From positions 1 through 27,431 of IMG/VR virus record IMGVR_UViG_3300024186_000013: a DNA stretch of 27,431 nt, one strand, 5' to 3'. Shown piece by piece: positions 18,548 through 27,179 of the stretch. This DNA is from a virus. Lineage: Duplodnaviria > Caudoviricetes. A model generated the notes under the pieces. That model made no database searches. It had not been told where the DNA came from and was given only the letters and a program-made list of their open reading frames with translations. Position 1 is the stretch's first letter, and the number at the start of each line of letters is the position of its first letter. A program made the translations under genes and the position numbers.

Positions 18548-18772
18548 ATGACCCAGGACGAATTCAACCGAATGCCATTGCTGTTGAGCCGCGCGCAAGT
18601 GGTGGAATGCGGCATCCCGGAAACCTTGCTCGAAGATTTGAAGTTCGAGATCACGGCCGGACGGGCGGAGGTGCCGGAAGGCAAGATCGGCTGGGTGGCG
18701 TTCAATGGAAGCCGGCAGGGGAAGTACCGGAAGAGTGACCTGGCAGCATTGGTGGGGCTGAGGGTGAAGTGA
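18548..18772 (+). CDS. Small putative DNA-binding protein
   Basis: MTQDEFNRMPLLLSRAQVVECGI...KYRKSDL resembles Xis/MerR-like winged HTH proteins. Confidence 0.55.
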   Translation: MTQDEFNRMPLLLSRAQVVECGIPETLLEDLKFEITAGRAEVPEGKIGWVAFNGSRQGKYRKSDLAALVGLRVK

Positions 18773-18804
18773 ATTTTTACAGGAGAAAACGGAGAGAGCA
18801 GAGC

Positions 18805-19821
18805 ATGGCTGAGAATTCGAAGATTGAGTGGTGTGATCACACGTTTAATCCGTGGGAAGGGTGCACGAAGGTGAGCCCAGGATGCACGCACTGTTACGCG
18901 GAAAGTCGCAACAAGCGTTTCGGGGGCGGGAACTGGGGGAAGGGCAAGCCGAGACGGAGGACCACCACCGCGAATTGGAGAAAGCCCTTGCAATGGAATA
19001 AGAGCGATATCTGCACGGCCTGCGAGATGGAATGCTTTGTCACAGACAATCGCACTCGCTGCTGTGATGCAGAGCCGCGAAAGCCGCGCGTGTTCTGCGC
19101 TTCGCTCGCTGACTGGTTAGACGACGAGGTGCCGATCGAGTGGCTGGCGGATTTGTTGCAGGTGATCTTCAGCACGCCGAATCTTGACTGGCTCCTGTTA
19201 TCGAAGCGACCGGAGCTCTGGAAAAATCGGATCCACCAAGCGCGGGATCAATGCTTCTACGGCGCGCGTCCAATGGCCCAGGCGTGGCTCGACGGCACTC
19301 CGCCGGAAAACGCCTGGATCGGGGTGAGCGTGGAGGACCAGGAGCGGGCGAATGAGCGAGTGTCAAAGTTGCTGGATATTCCGGCGCGGATTCACTTCCT
19401 GAGTGTTGAGCCGATGTTAGGGGCGATTGATCTGAAGTTAACGAGGAAGATTGGATGGGCGAAGGCCGGCGGCCCGAATGAGGCCAAGCACGGCTATGCG
19501 GCAGGGGTGCCTTGCCAGGATTGTTCGCCGAATGTGGATTGGGTGATTTTTGGCGGGGAGAGCGGACCGGGAGCGAGGGCGTGCAATGTGGAATGGATTC
19601 GGGAGGGGGTGAGGCAATGCCGGGAGGCGGGAGTGGCACCGTTTGTGAAGCAGTTGGGGTCGAATATAGCTCCGTTGCGCGTTGAGGGCGCATCAGTAAA
19701 GGAAAGGCTCTGGCTGAAAGACAAGAAGGGCGGAGAGATGAGCGAGTGGCCGGAGGATTTGAGGGTGCGGGAGTTTCCGGAGCCGAGTAGAAACGTTTCG
19801 ACGGGGAAGGCCGGAGATTAA
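18805..19821 (+). CDS. Phage Gp37/Gp68 family protein (DUF5131)
   Basis: SKIEWCDHTFNPWEGCTKVSPGCTHCYA, RVFCASLAD, LLLSKRP, WIGVSVEDQ, FLSVEPML, WVIFGGESG, FVKQLG. Confidence 0.92.
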   Translation: MAENSKIEWCDHTFNPWEGCTKVSPGCTHCYAESRNKRFGGGNWGKGKPRRRTTTANWRKPLQWNKSDICTACEMECFVTDNRTRCCDAEPRKPRVFCASLADWLDDEVPIEWLADLLQVIFSTPNLDWLLLSKRPELWKNRIHQARDQCFYGARPMAQAWLDGTPPENAWIGVSVEDQERANERVSKLLDIPARIHFLSVEPMLGAIDLKLTRKIGWAKAGGPNEAKHGYAAGVPCQDCSPNVDWVIFGGESGPGARACNVEWIREGVRQCREAGVAPFVKQLGSNIAPLRVEGASVKERLWLKDKKGGEMSEWPEDLRVREFPEPSRNVSTGKAGD

Positions 19822-19889
19822 GATTAAGAGTTAGGATTAGGATTAAGAAAAAGGAATTTTGAACGGGGCCGGAAGGAAAGGAAACCAAG

Positions 19890-22364
19890 ATGAGCAGTTA
19901 CGGTGGGTTGAAATTGAGGCAGGCGGCGAGTGATTTCGCCGAGGCGGTGCACGTCGCACAGAGCGGGAATGACGGGTTGAACCGGGATGCGCGGTATAAC
20001 TTGTGGGAAGGGCAAACGCCGGACGGGCGGAAGTGGCATCCGCGCACGAATGACCGGGAGGTGCTTCCCTGGAAGGGGGCCAGTGATTGCAAGGTGCCAA
20101 TGGTGGATACGTACGCGGCCGAGGATGTGGCGAAGCTGGTGGTGGGTCTGATGCTGGCGCAACTGGCGGCGTCGCCGGCCGAGGCGGTGCATGACGCGAG
20201 CTGGGGGAACCGGGTGACGCAGATTTTGCGCTGGCTGGTGACGAACCAAATGCCGGAACTGTTCGATGAGGCGAGTTTGCTGGCGAATTATCTGAAGGAA
20301 AACGGCAAAGCGGCCCTGGGAGTTTTCTGGAAGCGGGAAACGCAGCTCGGCTACGATCAGATCTCGGGGAAGATGATCGAGGCGGTGCAGGCGCAGGCGA
20401 TTGCCACGTTGCAGCAGATGGGAGGAGGAATCGGAAGTAATCAGTTATCAGTGGGCAGTAATCAGGGGGGAGCCGTGGGCAACGGGCTTCCGGCTGAAGC
20501 CGGGACTCCGAACCCGGAGCAGTATGCGAGGTTGGTGCAGGCGAGTCAGTTGGTGGAGATTTTCACGGACCCGACGCGAGAGGACGAAGCGGTGGAGCTG
20601 TTGCAGGAGCATGCGCGGGAATTGGTGAAAGCGAATTTCGCCGAGATGCTCGGGGAATATGAAGACGAGTTGCTGGCTGATTATGAGCTGAGCAAGAAGG
20701 CAGCGCGACGGATGGTGCGCGAACTGCGCGATACCAAGGATGGAAGTTTGGGCAGTGCAGATATCACGATCCCGACGGTGAGTTGTAATCGGCCGACGCT
20801 GGTGGCGTTGCGTCCAGGCGAAGATTTCTTTATGCCGAAGGATTGCGGAGATCCGCGCCGAGCGCGGCGGCTCTGGATGGTGGAATGGCTGAGCGAGGAG
20901 GAATTGAAGGAGCGGAAAGTCTCGAACGGCTGGAACGCGGATTGGGTCGAGCAGGTGATCGAGAAATGCAAAGGGGCGACGTTCAAGACGCACGGGCTGG
21001 GCGGACGCTGGACGGAAACGGTGAGCACGATCACGATGACGACGAGCCAGGCGCGGAGTTTCTCCGGAGGGGAGGGCGAAGCGGTGGGTTTGGACGACCG
21101 GAACATGGAACAGTGTTATTTCGTGGTGCACCAATGGGAACGGCGCTGCGATGAAAGCGGGGTGCCGGGGATTTACTATACTGTTTTTCATCCGAATATA
21201 ATGGGGAAAGTAATCAGTGATCAGTCGGGGGAGAGTAATCAGGGAACAGGAGCGGCGAGTGGGTCTGTCGATGAGCAAGAGCAAGAGCAGGATCAAGAGC
21301 AAGAAGGGAGCTACGCGGTCGATGACCTGATGACGTACGATCATGGGGAGTATCCGATCATTTATTTTCGGACGGAATATTTGTCGCGCAAAGCAACGGA
21401 CTCGAGGGGTTACGGCGAGCTGGGGTCGACCTGGCAAAACACGGTGAAGACGGAACTGGACATGGAGATCGACCGGTCGACGCTCTCGACGAATCCGCCG
21501 CTGCATCATCCGAGAGGCCGGCCGCCGAGCAAGTGGTGTCCCGGCGCGAAGATCGGCGCGGCCCGCGGGGAGTATCATTACGCGGAAATACCGAAGTACG
21601 ATCCATCCGCGCGAGATCTGGGCGCCCGGATGTGGCACATGGCGGATCGGCGGTTCGGACGCCAGACGTACCTGCCGGATGGAACGCCGTGCGACGCGAT
21701 CGGACCGCAAGTGTTGCAGAAATATTGGGTGATGGGATGGCTGAACGGGTGGAAGCAGGCGTTCACGCAAGTGTTTCAACTTTGCCAGCAATTCATGCCG
21801 ACGACGTTCTTCTATCGGGTGATCGGCACGCAGAACGCGCCACCGATCAAAGCCACGCGGGAAGAGATCCAGGGGAAGTTCAATCTGACGATCGGGTTCG
21901 ATGAACGGCGGCTGGACCCGGAACATCTGGCAGCGATGATGGATTGGATCATTAAACTGCGGCAAACGGTGGATACGAGCGCGCGGATCGATCCGGATGA
22001 GCTGGTAATGATGGGGCTGGAATGGCTCGACCCGAATTTGCCGGAACGATTGATCCGGCCGAAGCAGCAAGCGGACGAAGCGGAAGTGGATGACACGAAG
22101 AATGTGGTGGCGCGCATGGCTGCCGGGATGGATGAGGACGTGAAATTGTCCGGGCAGAATTACGGGCTGCGGATCGGGGTGATCAATGACCTGATCTTCG
22201 GAACGAACCCGCAAAAGCCGAACGAGCCTAAGAATCCGGAGTTGTTCCAGCGGTATCAGCAGGATCCCGGCTTCCGGGATCGGCTGGGAAAATATCTGCA
22301 GCAACTGCATTTCCAGATTAATGAACGGACGGTGAACGCGCAGCAGGGGAGACTGGGGGGGTAA
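19890..22364 (+). CDS. Portal protein (with low-complexity inserts)
   Basis: 824 aa between terL and scaffold/capsid; PWKGASD, DSRGYGE, and STNPP motifs resemble podovirus-like portals. Confidence 0.78.
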   Translation: MSSYGGLKLRQAASDFAEAVHVAQSGNDGLNRDARYNLWEGQTPDGRKWHPRTNDREVLPWKGASDCKVPMVDTYAAEDVAKLVVGLMLAQLAASPAEAVHDASWGNRVTQILRWLVTNQMPELFDEASLLANYLKENGKAALGVFWKRETQLGYDQISGKMIEAVQAQAIATLQQMGGGIGSNQLSVGSNQGGAVGNGLPAEAGTPNPEQYARLVQASQLVEIFTDPTREDEAVELLQEHARELVKANFAEMLGEYEDELLADYELSKKAARRMVRELRDTKDGSLGSADITIPTVSCNRPTLVALRPGEDFFMPKDCGDPRRARRLWMVEWLSEEELKERKVSNGWNADWVEQVIEKCKGATFKTHGLGGRWTETVSTITMTTSQARSFSGGEGEAVGLDDRNMEQCYFVVHQWERRCDESGVPGIYYTVFHPNIMGKVISDQSGESNQGTGAASGSVDEQEQEQDQEQEGSYAVDDLMTYDHGEYPIIYFRTEYLSRKATDSRGYGELGSTWQNTVKTELDMEIDRSTLSTNPPLHHPRGRPPSKWCPGAKIGAARGEYHYAEIPKYDPSARDLGARMWHMADRRFGRQTYLPDGTPCDAIGPQVLQKYWVMGWLNGWKQAFTQVFQLCQQFMPTTFFYRVIGTQNAPPIKATREEIQGKFNLTIGFDERRLDPEHLAAMMDWIIKLRQTVDTSARIDPDELVMMGLEWLDPNLPERLIRPKQQADEAEVDDTKNVVARMAAGMDEDVKLSGQNYGLRIGVINDLIFGTNPQKPNEPKNPELFQRYQQDPGFRDRLGKYLQQLHFQINERTVNAQQGRLGG

Positions 22365-22421
22365 GCCCGCGAATCACGCGAACCGGAACGTCCGGGCCGC
22401 AACGCGAATGGAAGAGGAAAA

Positions 22422-22655
22422 ATGAAAACTGAGGATCGGACGATGGAAGAGCTGGCAACGGTGCTCGCAGTGTGGCTATCGCAGGCAACCGGAAGAAGTG
22501 TGGAGTCGATCCTCGAGGATGCCCGCAGGTCCCAGCATATGGTGAAGGAAATCGAGACGCCATTTGGAACGATCCGCCTGGTTGCGCCGGAGTTGATGGA
22601 CGGCGCTTGCCCGCCAGTTTTTGAGTGCGGAACAATACGAATCAAGGACCGTTAA
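22422..22655 (+). CDS. Hypothetical protein
   Basis: SD GAGGA; 77 aa. Confidence 0.55.
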   Translation: MKTEDRTMEELATVLAVWLSQATGRSVESILEDARRSQHMVKEIETPFGTIRLVAPELMDGACPPVFECGTIRIKDR

Positions 22656-22687
22656 CCGCAGAATAATACGCAGAAATTGAAAAACTC

Positions 22688-23173
22688 ATGAGAAAGATTG
22701 ACTGGTGGAACAGACGGCTGGTGGCGGAGCTGCGAACCGAACTCGTGCGAGCGCAGGTGCGCTACGACGAGATGCGAACGAAAATCCTCGCGGCAGCGCA
22801 GGAGCGAGAAGAGAAACTCAAAGAGCAACTGGAAATCAAGAAACGGCTGGGAAGCCAGACCGGAACGTCCGGTTCGCGGTCGAAACGTTTCGAGCGAGTG
22901 CTCCACGAAGCGCGCGGATTGAACTTGAGCGAGAGCGGGCGCGAATTCCGCGACGGCGAACTCTGGCACCTGGCGCACGACCGGCGGTTTGCGGCATTCC
23001 TGGCACTGATCGAGCAGGTGAAAGGCGAACTGGAAGAGACGACCGCCACCTACGGGGAGACCCCGGAGCGCAAAACGATGGCGGGCGGCGGGGCTGCGGC
23101 CCTAAGGGAGTTGATGGACCGACTCCGCGAAATCGCTGAGAAACCAGAGGAAGAGGAGGAGGGGAAGAAGTAG
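22688..23173 (+). CDS. Hypothetical coiled-coil phage protein
   Basis: 161 aa; ends just before an intergenic repeat and terminator. Confidence 0.65.
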   Translation: MRKIDWWNRRLVAELRTELVRAQVRYDEMRTKILAAAQEREEKLKEQLEIKKRLGSQTGTSGSRSKRFERVLHEARGLNLSESGREFRDGELWHLAHDRRFAAFLALIEQVKGELEETTATYGETPERKTMAGGGAAALRELMDRLREIAEKPEEEEEGKK

Positions 23174-23250
23174 CCCGCGAATCACGCGAATTGACGCCAA
23201 TGGGGAACGGAAATCTTAAGCTGTAAGCGAAGCCGAAAGGGCAAGTCACG

Positions 23251-23287
23251 AAGCCGCGATCTGGAAACGGGTCGCGGCTTTTTGTTT
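23251..23287 (+). terminator. Rho-independent terminator
   Basis: AAGCCGCGATCTG-GAAA-CGGGTCGCGGCTT followed by TTTGTTT. Confidence 0.8.
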
Positions 23288-23352
23288 GAAGTAATCAGTA
23301 ATCAGTCCCCCCGGAAAAGTAATCAGTGGGAAGGGGATGACGCGTACGAAAG

Positions 23353-23383
23353 TGGTCATAACTGGTCATAACTGGTCATAACT
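23353..23383 (+). repeat. Perfect tandem repeat (TGGTCATAAC)x3
   Basis: Read directly, in the intergenic region upstream of the scaffold/capsid operon. Confidence 0.95.
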
Positions 23384-23609
23384 CAATTTTCCAAACTTCT
23401 CAAAAGCTTTCCCGAAGTGGTAATGGCTCGCACTGCGAAGCGGGAGTTTTCTTTGGGTCTCCCGCGGGTACGGATGAGAGGGTGACAGGAGTCCGGGGGT
23501 GCTTCCGCACGGGGCACCGCCCGGTCTCCACTCTGAGCGGAGGTCACTCTTTCACCCGAACAAAAGTAAAATCCACTGGCAACCAAAACTTACTTGCGGA
23601 GTCAAGCGC

Positions 23610-24761
23610 ATGCCAAAAGAAGCTACGATAAACCAACCGGCTAAAGCCGGGACTACAAACGGGAACAACGCTCCAGCGGCGAGCGAGGAAATAACCGCGG
23701 ATCAACTGGCCCAGCAACTGGCAGAGATGCGTCAGGGAACGGGGACCGGTGAAGAGAATGAAAACGATTTGAACGGCGCCGAGAGCGCCAACACCGAGGC
23801 TGAAGCGGGAGGGGAAAATGAAGCAGCCCTGAACGGGGAAGGCCAGGCGGATGCAGGGGTTCAACAGGAGGGAACAGAGGGAACAGAGGGAACAGAGGCC
23901 GGAGAGCAAGAGCAAGAGCAGGATCAAGAGCAAGAGGGGGATTTGCCGGCGGAAACGCAGGAGCGAATCAATAAACGGATCGGGAAAGAGGTCGCGAAAC
24001 GGAAAGCGCTCGAGGAAGAGAATGCCAGGCTAAAGGCAGAACTGGCCCAGAAGACACCCCCTCACCCCGACCCTCTCCCCCAAGGGGTAGAGGGAGATGA
24101 CCTGGCGGCGAATGGAGCCGGGGCCAGTGGAGGGACGGGGTTCGAGCGGCAGATGCAAGGGGAGTTGCAGCAGGCCGAGGCGTTGCTGGAATGGGCGCAG
24201 AGGAATCCGGACGGTGGAACGGTGCGCGGGAATGACGGGAAGGAATACACCTTTTCGCCGGAACAGGCCCAAGCGATCCAGCGCAAAGCGATCAAGGATG
24301 TGACGCGGCTCACGGTGAAGCTGGAAAATTTCCAGCAGGAGAAGGGGCGCAACGATCAGGTGCTGACGCAGGCAGCGCGAGCGGAGTATCCGAAGATGTT
24401 CACGAAGGGAACACCGGAAAACAAGCTCGCGCTGAAGTTGCTGGCGGATTTCCCGGAGTTGGGAAGTTTGCCGGGAGGACGGCTGGCGCTGGGGGATATC
24501 GTGAGCAAAACGATGGAGCGGATCGCGAAAGGTGCTTCCGCACGGGACACCGCGGCACACTCAGCGGGTGCCGCCCCGAACGGCAATGCGACCAACGGCA
24601 GCAAAAAGCCATCTCCGAGACCCACGAAGATCCCGGCAGTGAATGGGAGCGCGCCTGGGAATCGGGCCGCCAGCAGCCGGCAGACGCAACCGACCTACGC
24701 AGACGCAGATACGGTGGAGAAATTGGCAAAGAGCTTCGCAAGTAAACGGGCCGGAAGGTGA
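23610..24761 (+). CDS. Capsid scaffolding protein
   Basis: Acidic low-complexity N-terminus, coiled coil QERINKRIGKEVAKRKALEEE, directly upstream of the major capsid gene. Confidence 0.75.
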   Translation: MPKEATINQPAKAGTTNGNNAPAASEEITADQLAQQLAEMRQGTGTGEENENDLNGAESANTEAEAGGENEAALNGEGQADAGVQQEGTEGTEGTEAGEQEQEQDQEQEGDLPAETQERINKRIGKEVAKRKALEEENARLKAELAQKTPPHPDPLPQGVEGDDLAANGAGASGGTGFERQMQGELQQAEALLEWAQRNPDGGTVRGNDGKEYTFSPEQAQAIQRKAIKDVTRLTVKLENFQQEKGRNDQVLTQAARAEYPKMFTKGTPENKLALKLLADFPELGSLPGGRLALGDIVSKTMERIAKGASARDTAAHSAGAAPNGNATNGSKKPSPRPTKIPAVNGSAPGNRAASSRQTQPTYADADTVEKLAKSFASKRAGR

Positions 24762-24826
24762 GTAATCAGTGATCAGTAAAGCAGTAATCAGTGATTAGCC
24801 GATGGCTCAGAAAACGGAAAGGTTAG

Positions 24827-25849
24827 ATGCCAGCAGCAAACAGTTATAGCACCCCCGGAACGACGGGCGGCAACAGGGAGTATCTGAGGAACGTGTTGAC
24901 GGTCCTGGAGCCCGAAGGGACACCGGTGGTGTCGATGATCAAGAAGGGCGAGACGATGAAAGGCAATTATGCCGAGGTGCTCGCAGACACGTTCCGTCCA
25001 GCGCGAACGAGCGGACGGCCGGAAGGGCAGGACAGCGGGTTGGGAACGAACAACGCCGAGAAGCGGCAGCGGTTCGGAAATTACGCGCACATCCTGCGGG
25101 AAGACTTCGACGTGACGGACATGCAGCAGGCGGTGGAGACCGCCGCGGTGGCGGATGAGTTCGATTACGCGAAGGCGAAAGCGATCTCGCAGTTGAAGCG
25201 GGATATGGAAGCGGTGACGTGCGGGGCGCAGGAGATGCAGGCCGGGAATAACGAGGATGAATGGCGCACGCGGGGGTTGTGGACCTGGGTCGCGAGCAGC
25301 GCGCAGGCGACGAATCCGGTGCCGGCGGATTTTCTGACGCCATCCGGAAATATCCAGACGGGACTGACGGCGAGCGGCGGGATTTCGGGCCTGACGGAAG
25401 CGCAGTTGAACGCGGTGTTGCAGAATATCTTCATCGTGTATGGCAAGCCGATGACGCTGCAGCTGGTGGGAGACACGACCACGCAGGCGGCGGTGGACAA
25501 CTTCAGCCGGACGAACAGCGCGACGGATTCGAGCAAGGCGCGCTATGTGGTGCAGGACAATGTGAACGACAAGTCGATCACGCTTTCGGTGAAGACGTTC
25601 GAAAGCAGTTTCGGGCTGTTGCACGTGATGCCGAGCATGTTCGTGAATATCGCAGCAAGCACGGGGCTGAGCACGGCATGTTCGGGATTGATCCTGAACA
25701 TGGCGCTGCTGGAAATGCAGTTCGTGAAGAACATGAATTTGTTCACGAAGGAGTTGCTGGACCTGGGAGGCGGCCCGCGGGGGTTCGCGAAGTGCGGCTT
25801 CTCGCTGTGTGTGAAGAACCCGAAAGGGCTCGGCAAAGTCAGCCCGTGA
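24827..25849 (+). CDS. Major capsid protein (DUF5309 / SU10-MCP-like)
   Basis: NREYL..VL.VLEPEGTPVVSM, GNY..I, LKRDME, RTRGL, FESSFG motifs; 340 aa after scaffold. Confidence 0.85.
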   Translation: MPAANSYSTPGTTGGNREYLRNVLTVLEPEGTPVVSMIKKGETMKGNYAEVLADTFRPARTSGRPEGQDSGLGTNNAEKRQRFGNYAHILREDFDVTDMQQAVETAAVADEFDYAKAKAISQLKRDMEAVTCGAQEMQAGNNEDEWRTRGLWTWVASSAQATNPVPADFLTPSGNIQTGLTASGGISGLTEAQLNAVLQNIFIVYGKPMTLQLVGDTTTQAAVDNFSRTNSATDSSKARYVVQDNVNDKSITLSVKTFESSFGLLHVMPSMFVNIAASTGLSTACSGLILNMALLEMQFVKNMNLFTKELLDLGGGPRGFAKCGFSLCVKNPKGLGKVSP

Positions 25850-25885
25850 TCGCGACGCAACCGTAAAAGGAAAGGAAAAAGGAAT

Positions 25886-26371
25886 ATGGCAATTCGAAAA
25901 TATACGATGTCGACGAACGAGCGGGCGATGCACGGGTTCACGGAGTTGTACGTGATGAAGACGGCGGACTTCATCATCAACGCGACGACCACGCACATTT
26001 TGTGCCCGTTGAATGCGGGGGATGTGGTGTTTCCGCAGTTCATGCTGCTGGATGCGCGGGCCGGGGTGGTGGGGCCGACGTGCACGGCGACGCTGGGGGT
26101 GACCGGAACGGTGAACAAATGGATCGCAGCGACTTCGATCGCGACGAACCCGACGTTCCTGGTGCCGCAATGGGTGGCGGGAAACATGGGAACGCCGAAC
26201 GGGACGGAAATCGCGGCGGAAGGGAACAAGGTGAATCAGCCGTACAAGAGCGCCGGATCGGAAAACATCGTCGCGCAGATGGTGGTGAGCAACACGGCGA
26301 TCACGGCCGGGGAGGTGTGGTTCTGGCTCCGGATCTTCCGGAACGCGGTGCGGAGCCAGGTGAAGTTGTGA
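25886..26371 (+). CDS. Probable head decoration / structural protein
   Basis: Beta-rich 161 aa directly after the capsid gene with a strong SD. Confidence 0.6.
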   Translation: MAIRKYTMSTNERAMHGFTELYVMKTADFIINATTTHILCPLNAGDVVFPQFMLLDARAGVVGPTCTATLGVTGTVNKWIAATSIATNPTFLVPQWVAGNMGTPNGTEIAAEGNKVNQPYKSAGSENIVAQMVVSNTAITAGEVWFWLRIFRNAVRSQVKL

Positions 26372-26524
26372 GTGTGGGTCTTGGTTGAGGAACCGAGTGG
26401 CGTGGATGGAGTTGAACAAGCCCTGTTCGCCATCCACGCCAGCAAATTCAACGCAAAGACGCAAAGACGCAGAGACGCAAAGATTGAAAGAGCGGCCCGC
26501 TAGGGACAGCGGGCCCTACCTGAA

Positions 26525-26854
26525 ATGAGCGCGCCGAATATAATCATACCGAAGTTCGCGGAGACCCAAGAGGCGATGCCGGATTGGGTTGAACGAACCC
26601 TGCGCAACGGTTGTTTCTTGCATGAGTATCTGCGCCGGGAAAAGGCGCGCACGACGGAACGGATGCGGACGGTGGCGGCGCAGAACCAGGATTATGAACG
26701 GCGCCGCGGGAGCGAGCATAATCTGGTGGGGGTAATGGATATGCGGACCTGGATGCGCTGGCAGTTGAGTGAGCCGGGAGTGATGGAGGACGTGAAGGAG
26801 TTCAAAAAGCTGGTGAAGGACAATCCGGAAATGACGCCCTGGAAGGGACGATAA
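26525..26854 (+). CDS. Hypothetical phage protein
   Basis: 109 aa ending ...FKKLVKDNPE, in the head module. Confidence 0.65.
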   Translation: MSAPNIIIPKFAETQEAMPDWVERTLRNGCFLHEYLRREKARTTERMRTVAAQNQDYERRRGSEHNLVGVMDMRTWMRWQLSEPGVMEDVKEFKKLVKDNPEMTPWKGR

Positions 26855-26885
26855 AACCAACAGGAGAAAACGGAGAGAACAGAGA

Positions 26886-27122
26886 ATGAGTGAAAAGGAA
26901 TTGATTCAGAATTTGGGCGCGGTGATCGCGGGGGCCGAGGAGCTGCAAAAGAGCGAGCGGGAGGAAGCAGACCAAAGAGCGGTGGGGACGGTGTTCCTGC
27001 AGAACGCGCTGGTGCATCTGCGGGAGGCAAACAGTCAGCTCGGGTTGAAGGAGCAGATCAAGAGGGCGAGAAAGGGGACGCCAGGCAGCGGGCTTCCGGC
27101 TAAAGCCGGGACTCCAAACTGA
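26886..27122 (+). CDS. Hypothetical protein with REP-derived C-terminus
   Basis: 78 aa ending GLPAKAGTPN. Confidence 0.55.
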   Translation: MSEKELIQNLGAVIAGAEELQKSEREEADQRAVGTVFLQNALVHLREANSQLGLKEQIKRARKGTPGSGLPAKAGTPN

Positions 27123-27179
27123 GTAGAAACGTTTCGACCACCTAGCGGTGGGGCCACAGGCGCCTGACGGCGCGCGCAA

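Noticed and set aside
15146-23202. Dispersed ~30-nt repeats as a CRISPR array
   Set aside because: Copies are hundreds to thousands of bp apart, internally periodic, with no regular spacers and no cas genes.
25800-25890. Programmed frameshift extending the major capsid protein
   Set aside because: No convincing slippery heptamer before the stop, and the next gene has its own strong SD.
10177-26464. Long minus-strand ORFs (e.g. 10177-11508, 16168-17655, 20448-22310, 24788-26464)
   Set aside because: Antisense shadows of clear + strand genes in GC-rich DNA; Arg/Pro/His-rich and without motifs.
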